From contig CAZAHE010000004.1 in the NCBI GenBank assembly GCA_964484965.1, positions 829 through 64,828 on the forward strand: DNA of 64,000 nucleotides, written 5' to 3'. Each line of letters starts with the position of its first letter. Positions within the stretch are counted from its first letter, which is position 1. The translations under genes and the position numbers were made by a program. Below the pieces are notes generated by a model. The model did no database searches. It was not told the DNA's origin and saw only the letters and a list, made by a program, of their open reading frames with translations. The DNA comes from an uncultured Acidiferrobacteraceae bacterium. GTDB lineage: Bacteria; Pseudomonadota; Gammaproteobacteria; Arenicellales; UBA868. Below, in pieces: positions 1 through 10,175 of the stretch.

Positions 1-1
1 T

Positions 2-1384
2 AGCCGTTTGATGGAAAAACTGTTTTCGCATGCCGAATTTCGTCGCACACGACAGATGCTGTTAACCGAATTCTTTCAGGCTGGTAAGGATAATGAATTT
101 CTTGAATTGGTTTATGTAACGACCGATGCCATGAAACAAGAAGTGAACACAGATCCTTTACTGAGGCCAGCCGATCCAGGAGAGGTCGCAGCCGCCATAC
201 AAAGATTGGAAGGTCATATCCAATCCGTTTTTGCAGGTCTTAAGGAAGCAGTGTTATCGGGAAAGCATTCAATAGAATTCCCTATATCTCAACACGCTAG
301 TGAATATAAAAGTGCTGTTGGAAGTGTGGAAGAAAAGCGTTCCAGGACTTGGTCGGGTATGGTCACTATTGAGGGAATGCAAATGATCAACGACCTGCGC
401 ATAGAGCCTGGCACAGAGGTTCGAATGGCCACCGGCGCGAGCCTCATTATCAAGGGGCGACTGCAGGCAAATGGTACGCAACTAAAACCGATTCGATTTT
501 TGCCATTAGATACAGCTTCGAAACCTTGGGGTACGATTGCTATTGTTGGTCCGGGGGCGAATGGTTCGAGTCTGCGTCACTGCGAATTTTCTGGCGGGAG
601 TGGTTTTAAGGGTGAGCTTTTAGAGTACTCGGCTATGTTGTCCATACACGATGTTCAAGCAGTGGTTATCACCGACTGTTTATTTCGTGACAACCAGGTT
701 GTTGATGATATGGTGCATGCGGTTTATTCCGATATTCGGTTCGACCGAGTGCGGTTTACGAATGCCGTCGCAGACGCACTCGATTTAGATATTTGTAAGG
801 CCGTGATAAGGGACAGCCGGTTTGATAACAGTCACAATGATGCGCTGGATTTAATGACCACAGAAGCCGTGGTGACAGGATCTGTTTTTAGTAAAAGCGG
901 TGATAAAGGAATTTCAGTGGGAGAGGGTAGCCATCTTTTTGGCGTAGACAATGTCTTGAGCGCTAATGAAATTGGAGTGCAGTCAAAGGATCGATCAACC
1001 GTGGTGTTATTTAATCAGTCGTTTAGGAATAACGGAACCGCACTGCACACATATAAAAAAAATTGGCAATACGGTACTGGAGGGACTATTTTTGTTGGCA
1101 AGTCGATTATTTCGAATAATGAAATAGCCGCCCGCGCGGAAAAACAATCCAAAATTTACCTATTTGATTCGTTTGTTGAGGGTAGCGTAGGAAACAAACG
1201 CATCACTTTAGTCGACATAGATGAAAATGCGGGGCGAGAGGCGAGTATTAGTGGGTATTTTCCAGATAAAAGAGCCATGTTCGCGGTGAGTCAGGCGCAC
1301 GTAGAGCGCTTAGCGAAGGAGCAACCGCTGATTTGGAAACTAGTTAACCCCGACTTGCGGGGGGCGGCGCGACAGTTTGAGTAA
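2..1384 (+). CDS. Right-handed parallel beta-helix repeat protein, 5-prime end cut by the window edge (possibly the C-terminal half of a CotH-family protein)
   Basis: Reading frame is open back to nt 2. It contains successive ~22-25 aa repeats typical of the pectate-lyase/PbH1 fold (VVITDCLFRDNQVVDD, IRFDRVRFTNAVADALDLD, AVIRDSRFDNSHNDALDLM, VVTGSVFSKSGDKGISVGEG). The CotH idea rests only on the known co-occurrence of CotH with VTC and DUF4956 genes. Confidence 0.6.
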   Translation, partial: SRLMEKLFSHAEFRRTRQMLLTEFFQAGKDNEFLELVYVTTDAMKQEVNTDPLLRPADPGEVAAAIQRLEGHIQSVFAGLKEAVLSGKHSIEFPISQHASEYKSAVGSVEEKRSRTWSGMVTIEGMQMINDLRIEPGTEVRMATGASLIIKGRLQANGTQLKPIRFLPLDTASKPWGTIAIVGPGANGSSLRHCEFSGGSGFKGELLEYSAMLSIHDVQAVVITDCLFRDNQVVDDMVHAVYSDIRFDRVRFTNAVADALDLDICKAVIRDSRFDNSHNDALDLMTTEAVVTGSVFSKSGDKGISVGEGSHLFGVDNVLSANEIGVQSKDRSTVVLFNQSFRNNGTALHTYKKNWQYGTGGTIFVGKSIISNNEIAARAEKQSKIYLFDSFVEGSVGNKRITLVDIDENAGREASISGYFPDKRAMFAVSQAHVERLAKEQPLIWKLVNPDLRGAARQFE

Positions 1385-1406
1385 CCCGTTGACAGAAGGA
1401 AATGTC

Positions 1407-2150
1407 ATGCCCTCCAGGCTACATTTTTCCCGTTTTGAGTTCAAATACCTGTTGAATGCTAGTCGACGCGCGGCGCTGGAATCTGATTTGCAGCATTTTC
1501 TACAGTACGATCCGTTCGTGGCATTGCGGCAGAATCATCATTACCCGGTACGGAGCCTTTATTTTGATGACCCGAGCTATAGCGCCTTTCATGACAAGAT
1601 TGATGGATTGCTCTCACGATCAAAGTTTCGAGTACGAACGTACAGTGGTTCCATCGATGACGATGCACCGGTTTTTCTAGAAATTAAAGGGCGAACCAAC
1701 AATCTGGTCTTCAAGCATCGGGTTGCAACAAATGGCTCCAGCGCGGACTGGAGTGCACTCAAAGGTGACGGGGTGATTCGCTCCATCATCGATCGGGCGA
1801 ATAAGGGCGCAGTTCTTGACCAGTTTTGTTCTGATCTTTATCGTAAAAGATTACAACCAGTGGCACTCATTGATTACCAACGAAGACCCTATCTCAGTAA
1901 ATATGACCCATTATTTCGACTGACCTTCGATGAGTGTTTAACGGCGACCCGTACCGCAAGCCTTTTCCCAGCCCATAGCGCGACCCCTAAACAGGTGGTA
2001 GCGGGATTCACGATACTGGAGGTCAAGTTTCGCCATCATTTGCCCTCGTGGTTTCACCGGGTCATTCAGACCCACGAACTGCGTCGAGTGTCGATATCTA
2101 AAATTGTATCCGGTATGGAAACGTTAGGTTTGGCCTATGATGAACAGTAA
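1407..2150 (+). CDS. Stand-alone VTC-domain protein (triphosphate tunnel fold, polyphosphate-polymerase-like)
   Basis: FSRFEFKYLL, VFLEIKGR and FTILEVKFR are alternating charged/hydrophobic strands typical of tunnel metalloenzymes/VTC. ATG 1407 is preceded by AGAAGGA (1394-1400). The ORF-track start 1377 is a TTG overlapping the upstream stop. Confidence 0.75.
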   Translation: MPSRLHFSRFEFKYLLNASRRAALESDLQHFLQYDPFVALRQNHHYPVRSLYFDDPSYSAFHDKIDGLLSRSKFRVRTYSGSIDDDAPVFLEIKGRTNNLVFKHRVATNGSSADWSALKGDGVIRSIIDRANKGAVLDQFCSDLYRKRLQPVALIDYQRRPYLSKYDPLFRLTFDECLTATRTASLFPAHSATPKQVVAGFTILEVKFRHHLPSWFHRVIQTHELRRVSISKIVSGMETLGLAYDEQ

Positions 2151-2167
2151 ATATTAAGAGAGTAGAG

Positions 2168-2851
2168 ATGGATACCGTATTACTAACCCCGGAAGGGAAT
2201 TTACTGAACTATTCTAATCCGGAAATTGTGATCAATATTGTGGTGGGCCTGGTCATTGGAATCATGCTTTCAGTGGTCTATCGATTTACCCATTCAGGAC
2301 TTTCCTATTCGCAGTCCTTTGCACAAACCGTCGTATTTGTGACCATGATCGTGGCATTGGTCATGATGGTGATCGGTGGCAGCCTTGCACGTGCCTTTGC
2401 GTTAGTCGGTGCCTTGTCGATTATCCGGTTTCGCACGGTCCTCAAAGACACGAAGGATATGTCCTTCATTTTTGCGGCCCTTGCGCTCGGCATGGCTGCG
2501 GGTACGAGTAATTATTTTCTTGCGGTGATTGGTACAGTGTTTGTTACTGTACTGGCAGTTGTTTTAAACAAAATGAACTTTGGCGCAGTTTATAAAAGTG
2601 AATTCATTCTACGGTTTCGTTTCTCTCGAGGTGGTGACAGTGGAGAGTATCTGTCGGTCATCGACGCCGCTTGTCGCCGATCGGATCTCCTTCATATGGA
2701 ACCATCAGGTGACAACTCGACTTTGAGCCTGACTTACGACGTTGCTCTCAAGGATGAGATTACAGCGGATGATCTGACCACGCAGATGGGCTTGCTGGGG
2801 AGTGTGACCGAGGTTGTACTCATCGCTTCTAAAAACGATGTTGATTATTAG
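2168..2851 (+). CDS. DUF4956-like integral membrane protein
   Basis: 4-5 hydrophobic helices in the first ~135 aa, the motif GALSIIRFRTVLKDTKD, and a soluble ~85-aa tail. Lies 17 nt downstream of the VTC gene. Confidence 0.65.
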   Translation: MDTVLLTPEGNLLNYSNPEIVINIVVGLVIGIMLSVVYRFTHSGLSYSQSFAQTVVFVTMIVALVMMVIGGSLARAFALVGALSIIRFRTVLKDTKDMSFIFAALALGMAAGTSNYFLAVIGTVFVTVLAVVLNKMNFGAVYKSEFILRFRFSRGGDSGEYLSVIDAACRRSDLLHMEPSGDNSTLSLTYDVALKDEITADDLTTQMGLLGSVTEVVLIASKNDVDY

Positions 2852-2968
2852 TACTGTTTCAATGCAGCGCTGACAGCGATATGAGCGGGTTGAGAACGGT
2901 TTAATTAATGCAGGTTGAACCGGGAAGTCTGATCCGATTTTTGCCCGGGAAATCTATTTAGAACCTGG

Positions 2969-3916
2969 TTAAATGATGGAACCTAGCAGCGGTATGGTTT
3001 CCTCGCTGAACCAACGGAGTTGGGCTTCCTTCTCATCTTGTGTGCAGATGAAATCGATCTCGATATGGCGCACGCCAGCCCGGTGAAATTCGCTCAACCT
3101 TTCGGCAATATCTGTTGGACGGCCAAGGGCAACATATTTTTTTGTGGCATTCCGGAAATCCATCGCATAGCGTTGTGACAATCGTTTAGAAGCCGTTTCG
3201 AATGCGCTTTCCCAGTCGTTGTCCAGACGCAGATAAAGAAGGTGTGCGGTACCAAACGAATTCAGTTGGCGTTTGGCTGCGGCGTAGTGTTTCGCAATGG
3301 TCTCAAGACTTGCTGCATACATTGCCGGTGTCACCACATAGGAAAGCCACCCATCTAGGCGGGCGCCTGCCCGTCGCAGAGCTGCTTCAGATCGACCACC
3401 ACACCAAATGGGTGGGCCACCGGGTTGTGTGGGCTTCGGCAGCATTTGCAAGTCGGTTATCTGGAAATGACGACCAACGTGCGTAATTGGTTCGCCTGTC
3501 CATAATTGGCGTAATACCGTTACGCTTTCATCGAGCCGACTGCCGCGTTCTTTGACAGGAATACCGGCTGCCGCGAACTCGTTCGGGAATTCACCACCAA
3601 CTCCGATGCCAAAAATCAGACGCCCGCCGCTAATGCGGTCAAGTGTCGCCACTTGTTTTGCTACACCCAGTGGGTGACGCAACGGCAGTAAGAACACGGA
3701 AGTGTGGATCTTAAGACGTTCGCTCATGGTGGCAACCTGTGCGAGTTGCAGTAGCGGATCAGAAATTGGGTTAGGAAAAGCCAAATGGTCGCCGACAGCA
3801 AGCGCGTCAAAGCCCAATTGTTCAGCAAGCGTTACCGCGTGCCGAGTCAGTTCTGGAGTCTCGAACTGTGAATGAAAACCGAATGTGGTGTGGTTCGCCA
3901 GAGGCAGGTCAGTCAT
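2969..3916 (-). CDS. LLM-class (luciferase-like) flavin-dependent oxidoreductase
   Basis: FDALAVGDHL and GRLIFGIGVGGEFPNEF motifs; 315 aa; ATG at 3916. Confidence 0.8.
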   Translation of the reverse strand: MTDLPLANHTTFGFHSQFETPELTRHAVTLAEQLGFDALAVGDHLAFPNPISDPLLQLAQVATMSERLKIHTSVFLLPLRHPLGVAKQVATLDRISGGRLIFGIGVGGEFPNEFAAAGIPVKERGSRLDESVTVLRQLWTGEPITHVGRHFQITDLQMLPKPTQPGGPPIWCGGRSEAALRRAGARLDGWLSYVVTPAMYAASLETIAKHYAAAKRQLNSFGTAHLLYLRLDNDWESAFETASKRLSQRYAMDFRNATKKYVALGRPTDIAERLSEFHRAGVRHIEIDFICTQDEKEAQLRWFSEETIPLLGSII

Positions 3917-4044
3917 AGAATTGGGTGATCAAATGTATTTTGGGTTGAGTTCTGGGCAAGGTCGTTATGCCCACGTAATTGAAGTGTCGCCATTAGGATT
4001 GCTAATGTAATCTGCATTCGGTCGAACGACAAAGGAGACAGTGG

Positions 4045-4512
4045 ATGGACTTCACTATTCTGATGAAAAAAATGACGCAAGCCGTTGTCCAGGGTGACGG
4101 TCAGGGCGTCGCCGACTGTTTTTCGGCAAACGGTACCTATCACGATGTGTTTTACGGCAGTTTCAAGGGCGGTGCGATTGTCGACCTGATTGAAAATCAC
4201 TTCCACCGAGACGGCAGCGATTTTTTATGGGACCTGCACGATGCTGTAGAGCAGGGCGGCATTGGTTATGTGCGGTACGTTTTCAGTTATTCCTCCAAAA
4301 TTCCGGAATCAAAAGGTCGCCGCGCCGTTTTTGAGGGCGTTGCGATTTGCCGTGTCGAAAATTCGCATATTTTGGAATACCGAGAAGTGGCGAATGCAGT
4401 CGTCGGACTGCATCTTCTTGGTTTCGAGCCACAAAGATTGTCGCGGTTTATTGACCGTGAAACAAAAGCCTTGTTGGCCCGGCCTGAAGCCCGCTTGCAC
4501 CGATCAAACTAA
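4045..4512 (+). CDS. SnoaL-like / NTF2-fold family protein
   Basis: 155 aa with an alpha+beta pattern (DCFSANGTYHDVFYG...ILEYREV). AAAGGAG lies 7 nt upstream of ATG 4045. Confidence 0.55.
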   Translation: MDFTILMKKMTQAVVQGDGQGVADCFSANGTYHDVFYGSFKGGAIVDLIENHFHRDGSDFLWDLHDAVEQGGIGYVRYVFSYSSKIPESKGRRAVFEGVAICRVENSHILEYREVANAVVGLHLLGFEPQRLSRFIDRETKALLARPEARLHRSN

Positions 4513-4564
4513 ATAGCGTGATTGTGTAACAGGTTAGCCAACAGTCGAGACGAGAGCTTTCAAG

Positions 4565-5806
4565 TCACTTCATTTCACCAATACTTGGGCCGTGTTGGTC
4601 GGCCTGCGCTTTGACAAAGCGGATTGTCAATGCAGTGATGATGAACATTAGGGCGATGGTGTAGAACATGAGGTCCGGTGCGGCGTGATCCAGCATGAGA
4701 CCAAGTAGCAGGGGCATCAGGGCGGATCCAATATCGAGGCCCGAATAGACGAAGCCGAAAATTCGTCCTGAGGCGCCTTTGGGCGTTACCTTTCGCACCA
4801 TCATGTCTCTCGATGGGGAGGTCATGCCTGCCACGAAGCCTGCCGCGAAGAAAAGTCCAAGCAGTAGATCTGGCGTGACGATGTTGCCTCCGACACACAC
4901 AAAAGCAACCGCGGCAAGCGCCATGCCAGCCGTCGCAATCAGGTCGTGCCGATCAGTCCAATCCGCGGCGAAACCGCCACTGATGACACCGATGGCAGAT
5001 CCAATGAGAAAGGCGGCAAGACCGGCGGTGGCGTTGGCGAGGGGTATGCCGTAAAGCTGCATTAGCCCGGGCACCCCGAAAGTTTGCACACCAATCAACG
5101 CCATCGCGAGAAAAGCAAAATAGAGCAGACACGAGATAATTGTGCGATTCAAGATCAGCTGGAGGCTATTGCCGAGGGGTTTGGTCCTAGACGTAGAGCG
5201 TTGTTTTCTCTCGATCGGTGGTCGGTCATCGGATAAGTCATCACCGGAGAGCATCAGACTGGCGACAATGCCTAAACCAGTCAGGCCGGAAACGATCAGG
5301 GCGGTGCGCCAGTCGGCCCACTGCGTGATACTGATCACGCCGATCGGTGCGGCAGCCCAGCCAACATTACCCGCTAGGGCATGGATCGCGTAACCTCGCC
5401 CGAGTCGCGGTGGACTGACCTTGGCAGTAAGGATGGCGAGGTCGGCAGGGTGGAATACGCTGTTGCCGATACCTGCCAAAACGGCGAGGGGAAACAGCAT
5501 CCAGAATTCGCTCACCAGGCCAAAACCAGCGACACTGAGTGACAGCAGCGTCAGCCCCAGCAGGAGTATTCGCCGAGCGCCAAACCGGTCGACCAGAAAC
5601 CCAGACACAATCTGCATGATCCCGGAGGCGGCAAAAAATAAGCTCGGCAAAGCCCCCAAAGCGGTGTAACTAACTTCGAATTCCTCTTTCAGAATGGGGA
5701 ACAGCGGTGGTAATACGAGATGGTAGTAATGGCTGGATGCGTGGGCCATCCCAATTAGGCCCATGATTTTTACATCGCGGACGAGTGGTGCGGCTGCGCT
5801 TGTCAT
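4565..5806 (-). CDS. MFS transporter
   Basis: 12 hydrophobic helices and MFS motif A (GFLVDRFGARR). ATG 5806 is chosen over the TTG at 5833, which would overlap the upstream gene. Confidence 0.8.
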   Translation of the reverse strand: MTSAAAPLVRDVKIMGLIGMAHASSHYYHLVLPPLFPILKEEFEVSYTALGALPSLFFAASGIMQIVSGFLVDRFGARRILLLGLTLLSLSVAGFGLVSEFWMLFPLAVLAGIGNSVFHPADLAILTAKVSPPRLGRGYAIHALAGNVGWAAAPIGVISITQWADWRTALIVSGLTGLGIVASLMLSGDDLSDDRPPIERKQRSTSRTKPLGNSLQLILNRTIISCLLYFAFLAMALIGVQTFGVPGLMQLYGIPLANATAGLAAFLIGSAIGVISGGFAADWTDRHDLIATAGMALAAVAFVCVGGNIVTPDLLLGLFFAAGFVAGMTSPSRDMMVRKVTPKGASGRIFGFVYSGLDIGSALMPLLLGLMLDHAAPDLMFYTIALMFIITALTIRFVKAQADQHGPSIGEMK

Positions 5807-5810
5807 CAAA

Positions 5811-6776
5811 TCAGCTTGCCAGAAGCGTCTCAATTACCTTCTGGACAGATAGGCCTGCATAGAAATCGGGCAGAGTATGGGGCTCGCCGTCCAGCATCGC
5901 GGCGAGCTGATCATATTGGCGTTGGTGCCAGTCGGTTACCGGATCGGTACCGGGTGTATTTGCATCCATCCAGCGTTCGCCAGTGCTGATTTGGAAGCCA
6001 TGTATCTCGTGCGCCCGGTATGAGCAGTGATCTCCCCACACGGTGTAATCGCAGATGTCCGGACCTGCACCGATCGTGCTGCCGTGAATGCTGATCGGGA
6101 TCTCACCACAAGTTAAATGTGCCACGATGCCACTGATCGCATCGCCATGGCGGGCAGGTTCACGGCAATAGCAATAGTCGATCATCGCAGGTCCGAATAG
6201 ACGTTCGCTCAGGTAGATGAAATGTGAGAGCACTTCGCGGACAAAACCGCCTTGATCAGCACCTGCCAGCCAAGGCGCTTCAGCCTGTCTGCGGGTTGCC
6301 CAGTGGGGTAGGTGCAAGTGAGCTTCGACGCCACGGACTGCACCAACTCCGGCCTGCGTAAGCGCTTGTTCGATCTGTGTAGTAGCACGCGCGGATGCAA
6401 AGATGAAATTGACAGCATGCGCGATACCGCTGCGCGCGGCATATGACGCGAGCGATTCACTCGCCGCTATGTCAACGCCCAGTGGTTTCTCGCATAACAC
6501 CGTTTTTCCGGCCGTCAGGGCCGCCTCGGCATATTGCACATGAGTGATCGGTGGCGAAGCGATGTAAATGACGTCCACAGCATCATCATTGATCAGATCG
6601 TGTGCGTCCGTTGTCGCGCGTAGTCGAGGTTCGTTGGCGATGATTTCGTTTAACCGTAGCGTATTCGTGTCCCAGGCAACAGCGGGCTGGACTCGAGGAT
6701 GATTCCAAGCCTGCTTGAGCATCCGCTGCCCAATGCTACCGAGCCCGATGAAGCCAATACCGTAATCAGGTGCCAT
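5811..6776 (-). CDS. Gfo/Idh/MocA family NAD(P)-dependent oxidoreductase
   Basis: N-terminal Rossmann motif GFIGLGSIGQRM and the family EKP motif (VLCEKPLG). Confidence 0.85.
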   Translation of the reverse strand: MAPDYGIGFIGLGSIGQRMLKQAWNHPRVQPAVAWDTNTLRLNEIIANEPRLRATTDAHDLINDDAVDVIYIASPPITHVQYAEAALTAGKTVLCEKPLGVDIAASESLASYAARSGIAHAVNFIFASARATTQIEQALTQAGVGAVRGVEAHLHLPHWATRRQAEAPWLAGADQGGFVREVLSHFIYLSERLFGPAMIDYCYCREPARHGDAISGIVAHLTCGEIPISIHGSTIGAGPDICDYTVWGDHCSYRAHEIHGFQISTGERWMDANTPGTDPVTDWHQRQYDQLAAMLDGEPHTLPDFYAGLSVQKVIETLLAS

Positions 6777-6869
6777 CTTTCGATTTTAACCGGGGTCCAT
6801 CGTTGCGTCTTAAGGACAATCTCCTTATCGTAAGCGTTACTCAGCGAATTTTCGGCGGATGGAGGCGGT

Positions 6870-7598
6870 ATGACGAAAACCCGTATAGGCGTTGTTGTGC
6901 CATCGACGAACACGACGTGTGAGGCAGATTTTCAATCTGTCGCACCACGACATGTAAGTATCCATGGGCAACGGATGTGGATTACCAACGAGGCAACGGG
7001 CGAGGCCGGTATGGAGCGAATGAATGCCGAAATAGAGAACAGCGCGCGCTATCTCGCGACTGCCAGCGTCAGCTTGATCGTCTATGGGTGTACCACCGGC
7101 AGTTTCTACAAGGGGCCCGGCTGGGACCAGGAGATGGTTGCCGTATTCGAGCGTGAAGCCGGTGTGCCTGCCATCGCAACAAGCCCCGCGGTGGTCAAGG
7201 CATTGACCCATTTTGGCGCAAAAAAGATCTCTGTGGCGACGCCTTATCCAGACTGGGCAAACGCGCGCCTGCGCAACTATTTTGAGCGCGTGGGATTCGA
7301 AGTGCTGAATGTGGATGGTGATCCCGTTGCGCAGGATACAGGCAATCAGGGATACAACAATCATGATCCAGAGCGTGTCGTTGAATTCGCCGCAAGCATC
7401 TGCTCACCCGATGCGGATGTGCTTTTCTGCTCCTGCACGGCATGGCGTTCAATGGAAGCTGCCGGGAGACTCGAAACACAAACCGGTCGCCCCGTAGTGA
7501 CGTCAAATCAGGCAACAGTGTGGGCCGCTTTCGACCACCTTGGCTTAAAACCGGCGGTCGATGGTTTTGGTAGCTTGCTTGATGGTTTGATGAACTGA
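6870..7598 (+). CDS. Asp/Glu-racemase superfamily enzyme (maleate cis-trans isomerase / arylmalonate decarboxylase-like), both catalytic Cys retained
   Basis: IGVVVPSTNTTCEADF, VYGCTTGSF and FCSCTAWRS motifs; GGAGG lies 4 nt upstream of ATG 6870. Confidence 0.8.
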   Translation: MTKTRIGVVVPSTNTTCEADFQSVAPRHVSIHGQRMWITNEATGEAGMERMNAEIENSARYLATASVSLIVYGCTTGSFYKGPGWDQEMVAVFEREAGVPAIATSPAVVKALTHFGAKKISVATPYPDWANARLRNYFERVGFEVLNVDGDPVAQDTGNQGYNNHDPERVVEFAASICSPDADVLFCSCTAWRSMEAAGRLETQTGRPVVTSNQATVWAAFDHLGLKPAVDGFGSLLDGLMN

Positions 7599-7779
7599 CG
7601 AGTGTGCGTTGTACCCCGCATCTTTCAACAGCACTGGCCAGTAGCGTTGGATATGTTACGAACCGGTCTTTGCCAGATCAGAATTTGTCGTCGTAACAGG
7701 GAAGTTACAGTACCTTCAACCGTGGCGTTGTAATTAATCAAAGCTGGCATCGGCAAAGATTTACGAGGATACCAATGAG

Positions 7780-8451
7780 ATGACACGCTACCCTTTCATC
7801 AAACTCGATTTCAACGCGCGAGCAGCTAATGAGATGTTGTCGCGCTCGCGGGCCTTCCTTCAATTGATACGGCGCAGGCGTTCAGTGCGCGACTACACCG
7901 ACCGAACGATTCCTCGCGAAGTGATTGAAAATGCCATCCGGGCAGGCGGCAGCGCGCCGAGCGGCGCGAACATGCAGCCATGGCATTTTGTGGTTGTGAC
8001 AGATCCTGATGTGAGAGGAGAAATTCGAAAGGCGGCGGAGGCTGAAGAACGTGAGTTCTACAGCCACCGTGCATCACCAGAATGGTTGAACGCGTTAGCT
8101 CCGCTCGGCACGGATGAAAGCAAGCCCTTTCTAGAGAGTGCGTCGTGTTTGATTGTTATATTCCTGAAAAAGTTTTCTTTTGATGATGCTGGTACGAAGT
8201 TCAAAAACTATTACACAATGGAGTCGGTGGGCATAGCCACGGGATTTCTGATCGCCGCTTTGCACAACGCGGGGATTGCAACCCTCACCCACACTCCCAG
8301 TCCCATGCGTTTCCTCAATAAGATCCTGCATCGTCCCAAAAACGAGCGGGCATTCATGATTCTAGTAGCTGGATTCCCGAGCGACGATGCGATCGTGCCG
8401 GATATCGCACGGCAGTCGCTTGAGGAAATTGCATCCTTCGTCGGCGCTTGA
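7780..8451 (+). CDS. Nitroreductase-family flavoprotein (iodotyrosine-deiodinase-like subgroup)
   Basis: [10 protein letters not shown] and [13 protein letters not shown] motifs. Confidence 0.8.
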   Translation: MTRYPFIKLDFNARAANEMLSRSRAFLQLIRRRRSVRDYTDRTIPREVIENAIRAGGSAPSGANMQPWHFVVVTDPDVRGEIRKAAEAEEREFYSHRASPEWLNALAPLGTDESKPFLESASCLIVIFLKKFSFDDAGTKFKNYYTMESVGIATGFLIAALHNAGIATLTHTPSPMRFLNKILHRPKNERAFMILVAGFPSDDAIVPDIARQSLEEIASFVGA

Positions 8452-8530
8452 TTCCCGACGACGAGCGTCAAGCGGATGTAATAAGCGCCAGTAATTAAAT
8501 GTGGCAACGGAATTCTTTGCAGGGAAAAAC

Positions 8531-9010
8531 ATGACAGATGCCCAATCGTTGCAAGATCGTTACTTTTCTCATGGGTTGTGTTTTGGATGTGGGCCAAAGA
8601 ACAACGAAGGCTTGCAATTGAAGTCGTTTGTAGTCGGGGACAGGACAGAGGCCTCTTGGCGGGGCTCATCGCGGTACGATAACGGCTTTGGGTTCCTCAA
8701 TGGGGGCATTATTTCTGCGCTTCTGGACTGCCATTCCGCTGCCTGTATGATCAAGGAAACGGTTGATCGTTATGGTGACTTTTGTATAGAGGAGAACGAA
8801 CACTTTGGTGCTAAGCACCCGGTGTATCTGACACATAAGATTACGGTCACTTTCCATCGTCCGGCCATGTTGGAACAGCCCGCGGTGCTCGTCGCTGAGT
8901 GCCTTAGTTTTGGGGAGGAAGAAGGGGTCTATCGGTCCTTGCTTCATTCGGGCGGTAAGTTAGCTGCCGATGCGGAGGTTCGTTGGCGGCGCTTCCAAAT
9001 CAGACGTTGA
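8531..9010 (+). CDS. Hotdog-fold (PaaI-type) thioesterase
   Basis: CFGCGPKNNEGLQL and NGGIISALLDCHSAA motifs. ATG 8531 follows AGGGAAA; the ORF-track start 8501 is a GTG. Confidence 0.6.
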   Translation: MTDAQSLQDRYFSHGLCFGCGPKNNEGLQLKSFVVGDRTEASWRGSSRYDNGFGFLNGGIISALLDCHSAACMIKETVDRYGDFCIEENEHFGAKHPVYLTHKITVTFHRPAMLEQPAVLVAECLSFGEEEGVYRSLLHSGGKLAADAEVRWRRFQIRR

Positions 9011-9051
9011 TCATTGCCTAAGTCGCTGCGCCTTCACAAAGGAACCAATTT

Positions 9052-10032
9052 ATGACGACCACGACCAAGGCTATACGCATACACAAAACTGGACCAGCCG
9101 AAGTGATGTGCTGGGAAAATGTGCCGCTGCCCGAGCCAGGCGCTGGGGAAGTTCAATTGCGTCAGACCTTTGTTGGTCTGAACTTTATCGATATCAACCA
9201 TCGCTCTGGCGCTTATCCTTTGAAGGTCTTGCCGGCGGTTATCGGTATGGAAGCAGCTGGTGTTGTAGAAAAGGTCGGTGACGAAGTCGATGACTTTGCG
9301 CCAGGTGACCGCGCCGCCTACTGCATGGTGCTCGGGGCATACACTGAACGCCGTGTGATTGCGGCTGAGCGTCTAATTCCCCTGGGGGCGGAGACCCCTG
9401 ACGAGGTGGCAGCGGCCGCAACACTACAAGGACTGACGGCCCATTACCTGTTGCACGAATCGTGGGCTATGCGTGCCGGAGATACTGTACTGGTGCATGC
9501 CGCCGCCGGTGGCGTTGGCCTTTTACTTTGCCAATGGGCCAAGCACAAGGGTGCGATGGTCATTGGTACAGTCAGCAGTGATGAGAAAGCCGACTATGCC
9601 CGCAAACACGGTTGTGACCACACGGTCATCTATACACGCGAAGATTTTGCCAAGCGAGTAATGACTTTGACCGGGCAACGAGGGGTGGATGTGATCTACG
9701 ATGCTGTTGGTCAGGACACGTTCGACAAAGGTCTCAGCTGTCTGGCAGAGCGCGGTCGCCTCGTCAGTTACGGACAGTCCTCGGGTCCTGTGACAGCGAT
9801 ATCGCTGGCACCTCTACGGGCACGTTCGGGGTCGATAGCCTGTGGTGGTCTTGGTACTTTCGTGCGTGATGCGAATGAACGCAGACGCAATGCGAGATTA
9901 TTATTTGGACTGATTGCCAAGGGCGATCTTACTTTGGAGATTAACCAGCGCTACCCACTGTCCGAGGTGACCGCGGCACACATAGCTCTCGCCGAGCGAC
10001 GCACCACTGGATCCAGTGTATTGACGGTCTAA
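9052..10032 (+). CDS. qor: NADPH:quinone oxidoreductase (zeta-crystallin type MDR)
   Basis: Colinear with my recollection of E. coli Qor (HAAAGGVGLLLCQWAKHKGA; C-terminal TTGSSVLTV). Confidence 0.8.
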   Translation: MTTTTKAIRIHKTGPAEVMCWENVPLPEPGAGEVQLRQTFVGLNFIDINHRSGAYPLKVLPAVIGMEAAGVVEKVGDEVDDFAPGDRAAYCMVLGAYTERRVIAAERLIPLGAETPDEVAAAATLQGLTAHYLLHESWAMRAGDTVLVHAAAGGVGLLLCQWAKHKGAMVIGTVSSDEKADYARKHGCDHTVIYTREDFAKRVMTLTGQRGVDVIYDAVGQDTFDKGLSCLAERGRLVSYGQSSGPVTAISLAPLRARSGSIACGGLGTFVRDANERRRNARLLFGLIAKGDLTLEINQRYPLSEVTAAHIALAERRTTGSSVLTV

Positions 10033-10175
10033 TACATACCGTGACATGACGACGGCTTGCCTATGTTAAGCCACGTCATCTGGTGTCAGAGCTCATAAGT
10101 TGAGCTGAAGTGAACACAAGGGATTTTTTATTTTCACAACAAGGTAGTGACCACGGTCTTGCCATTCATCAACAG

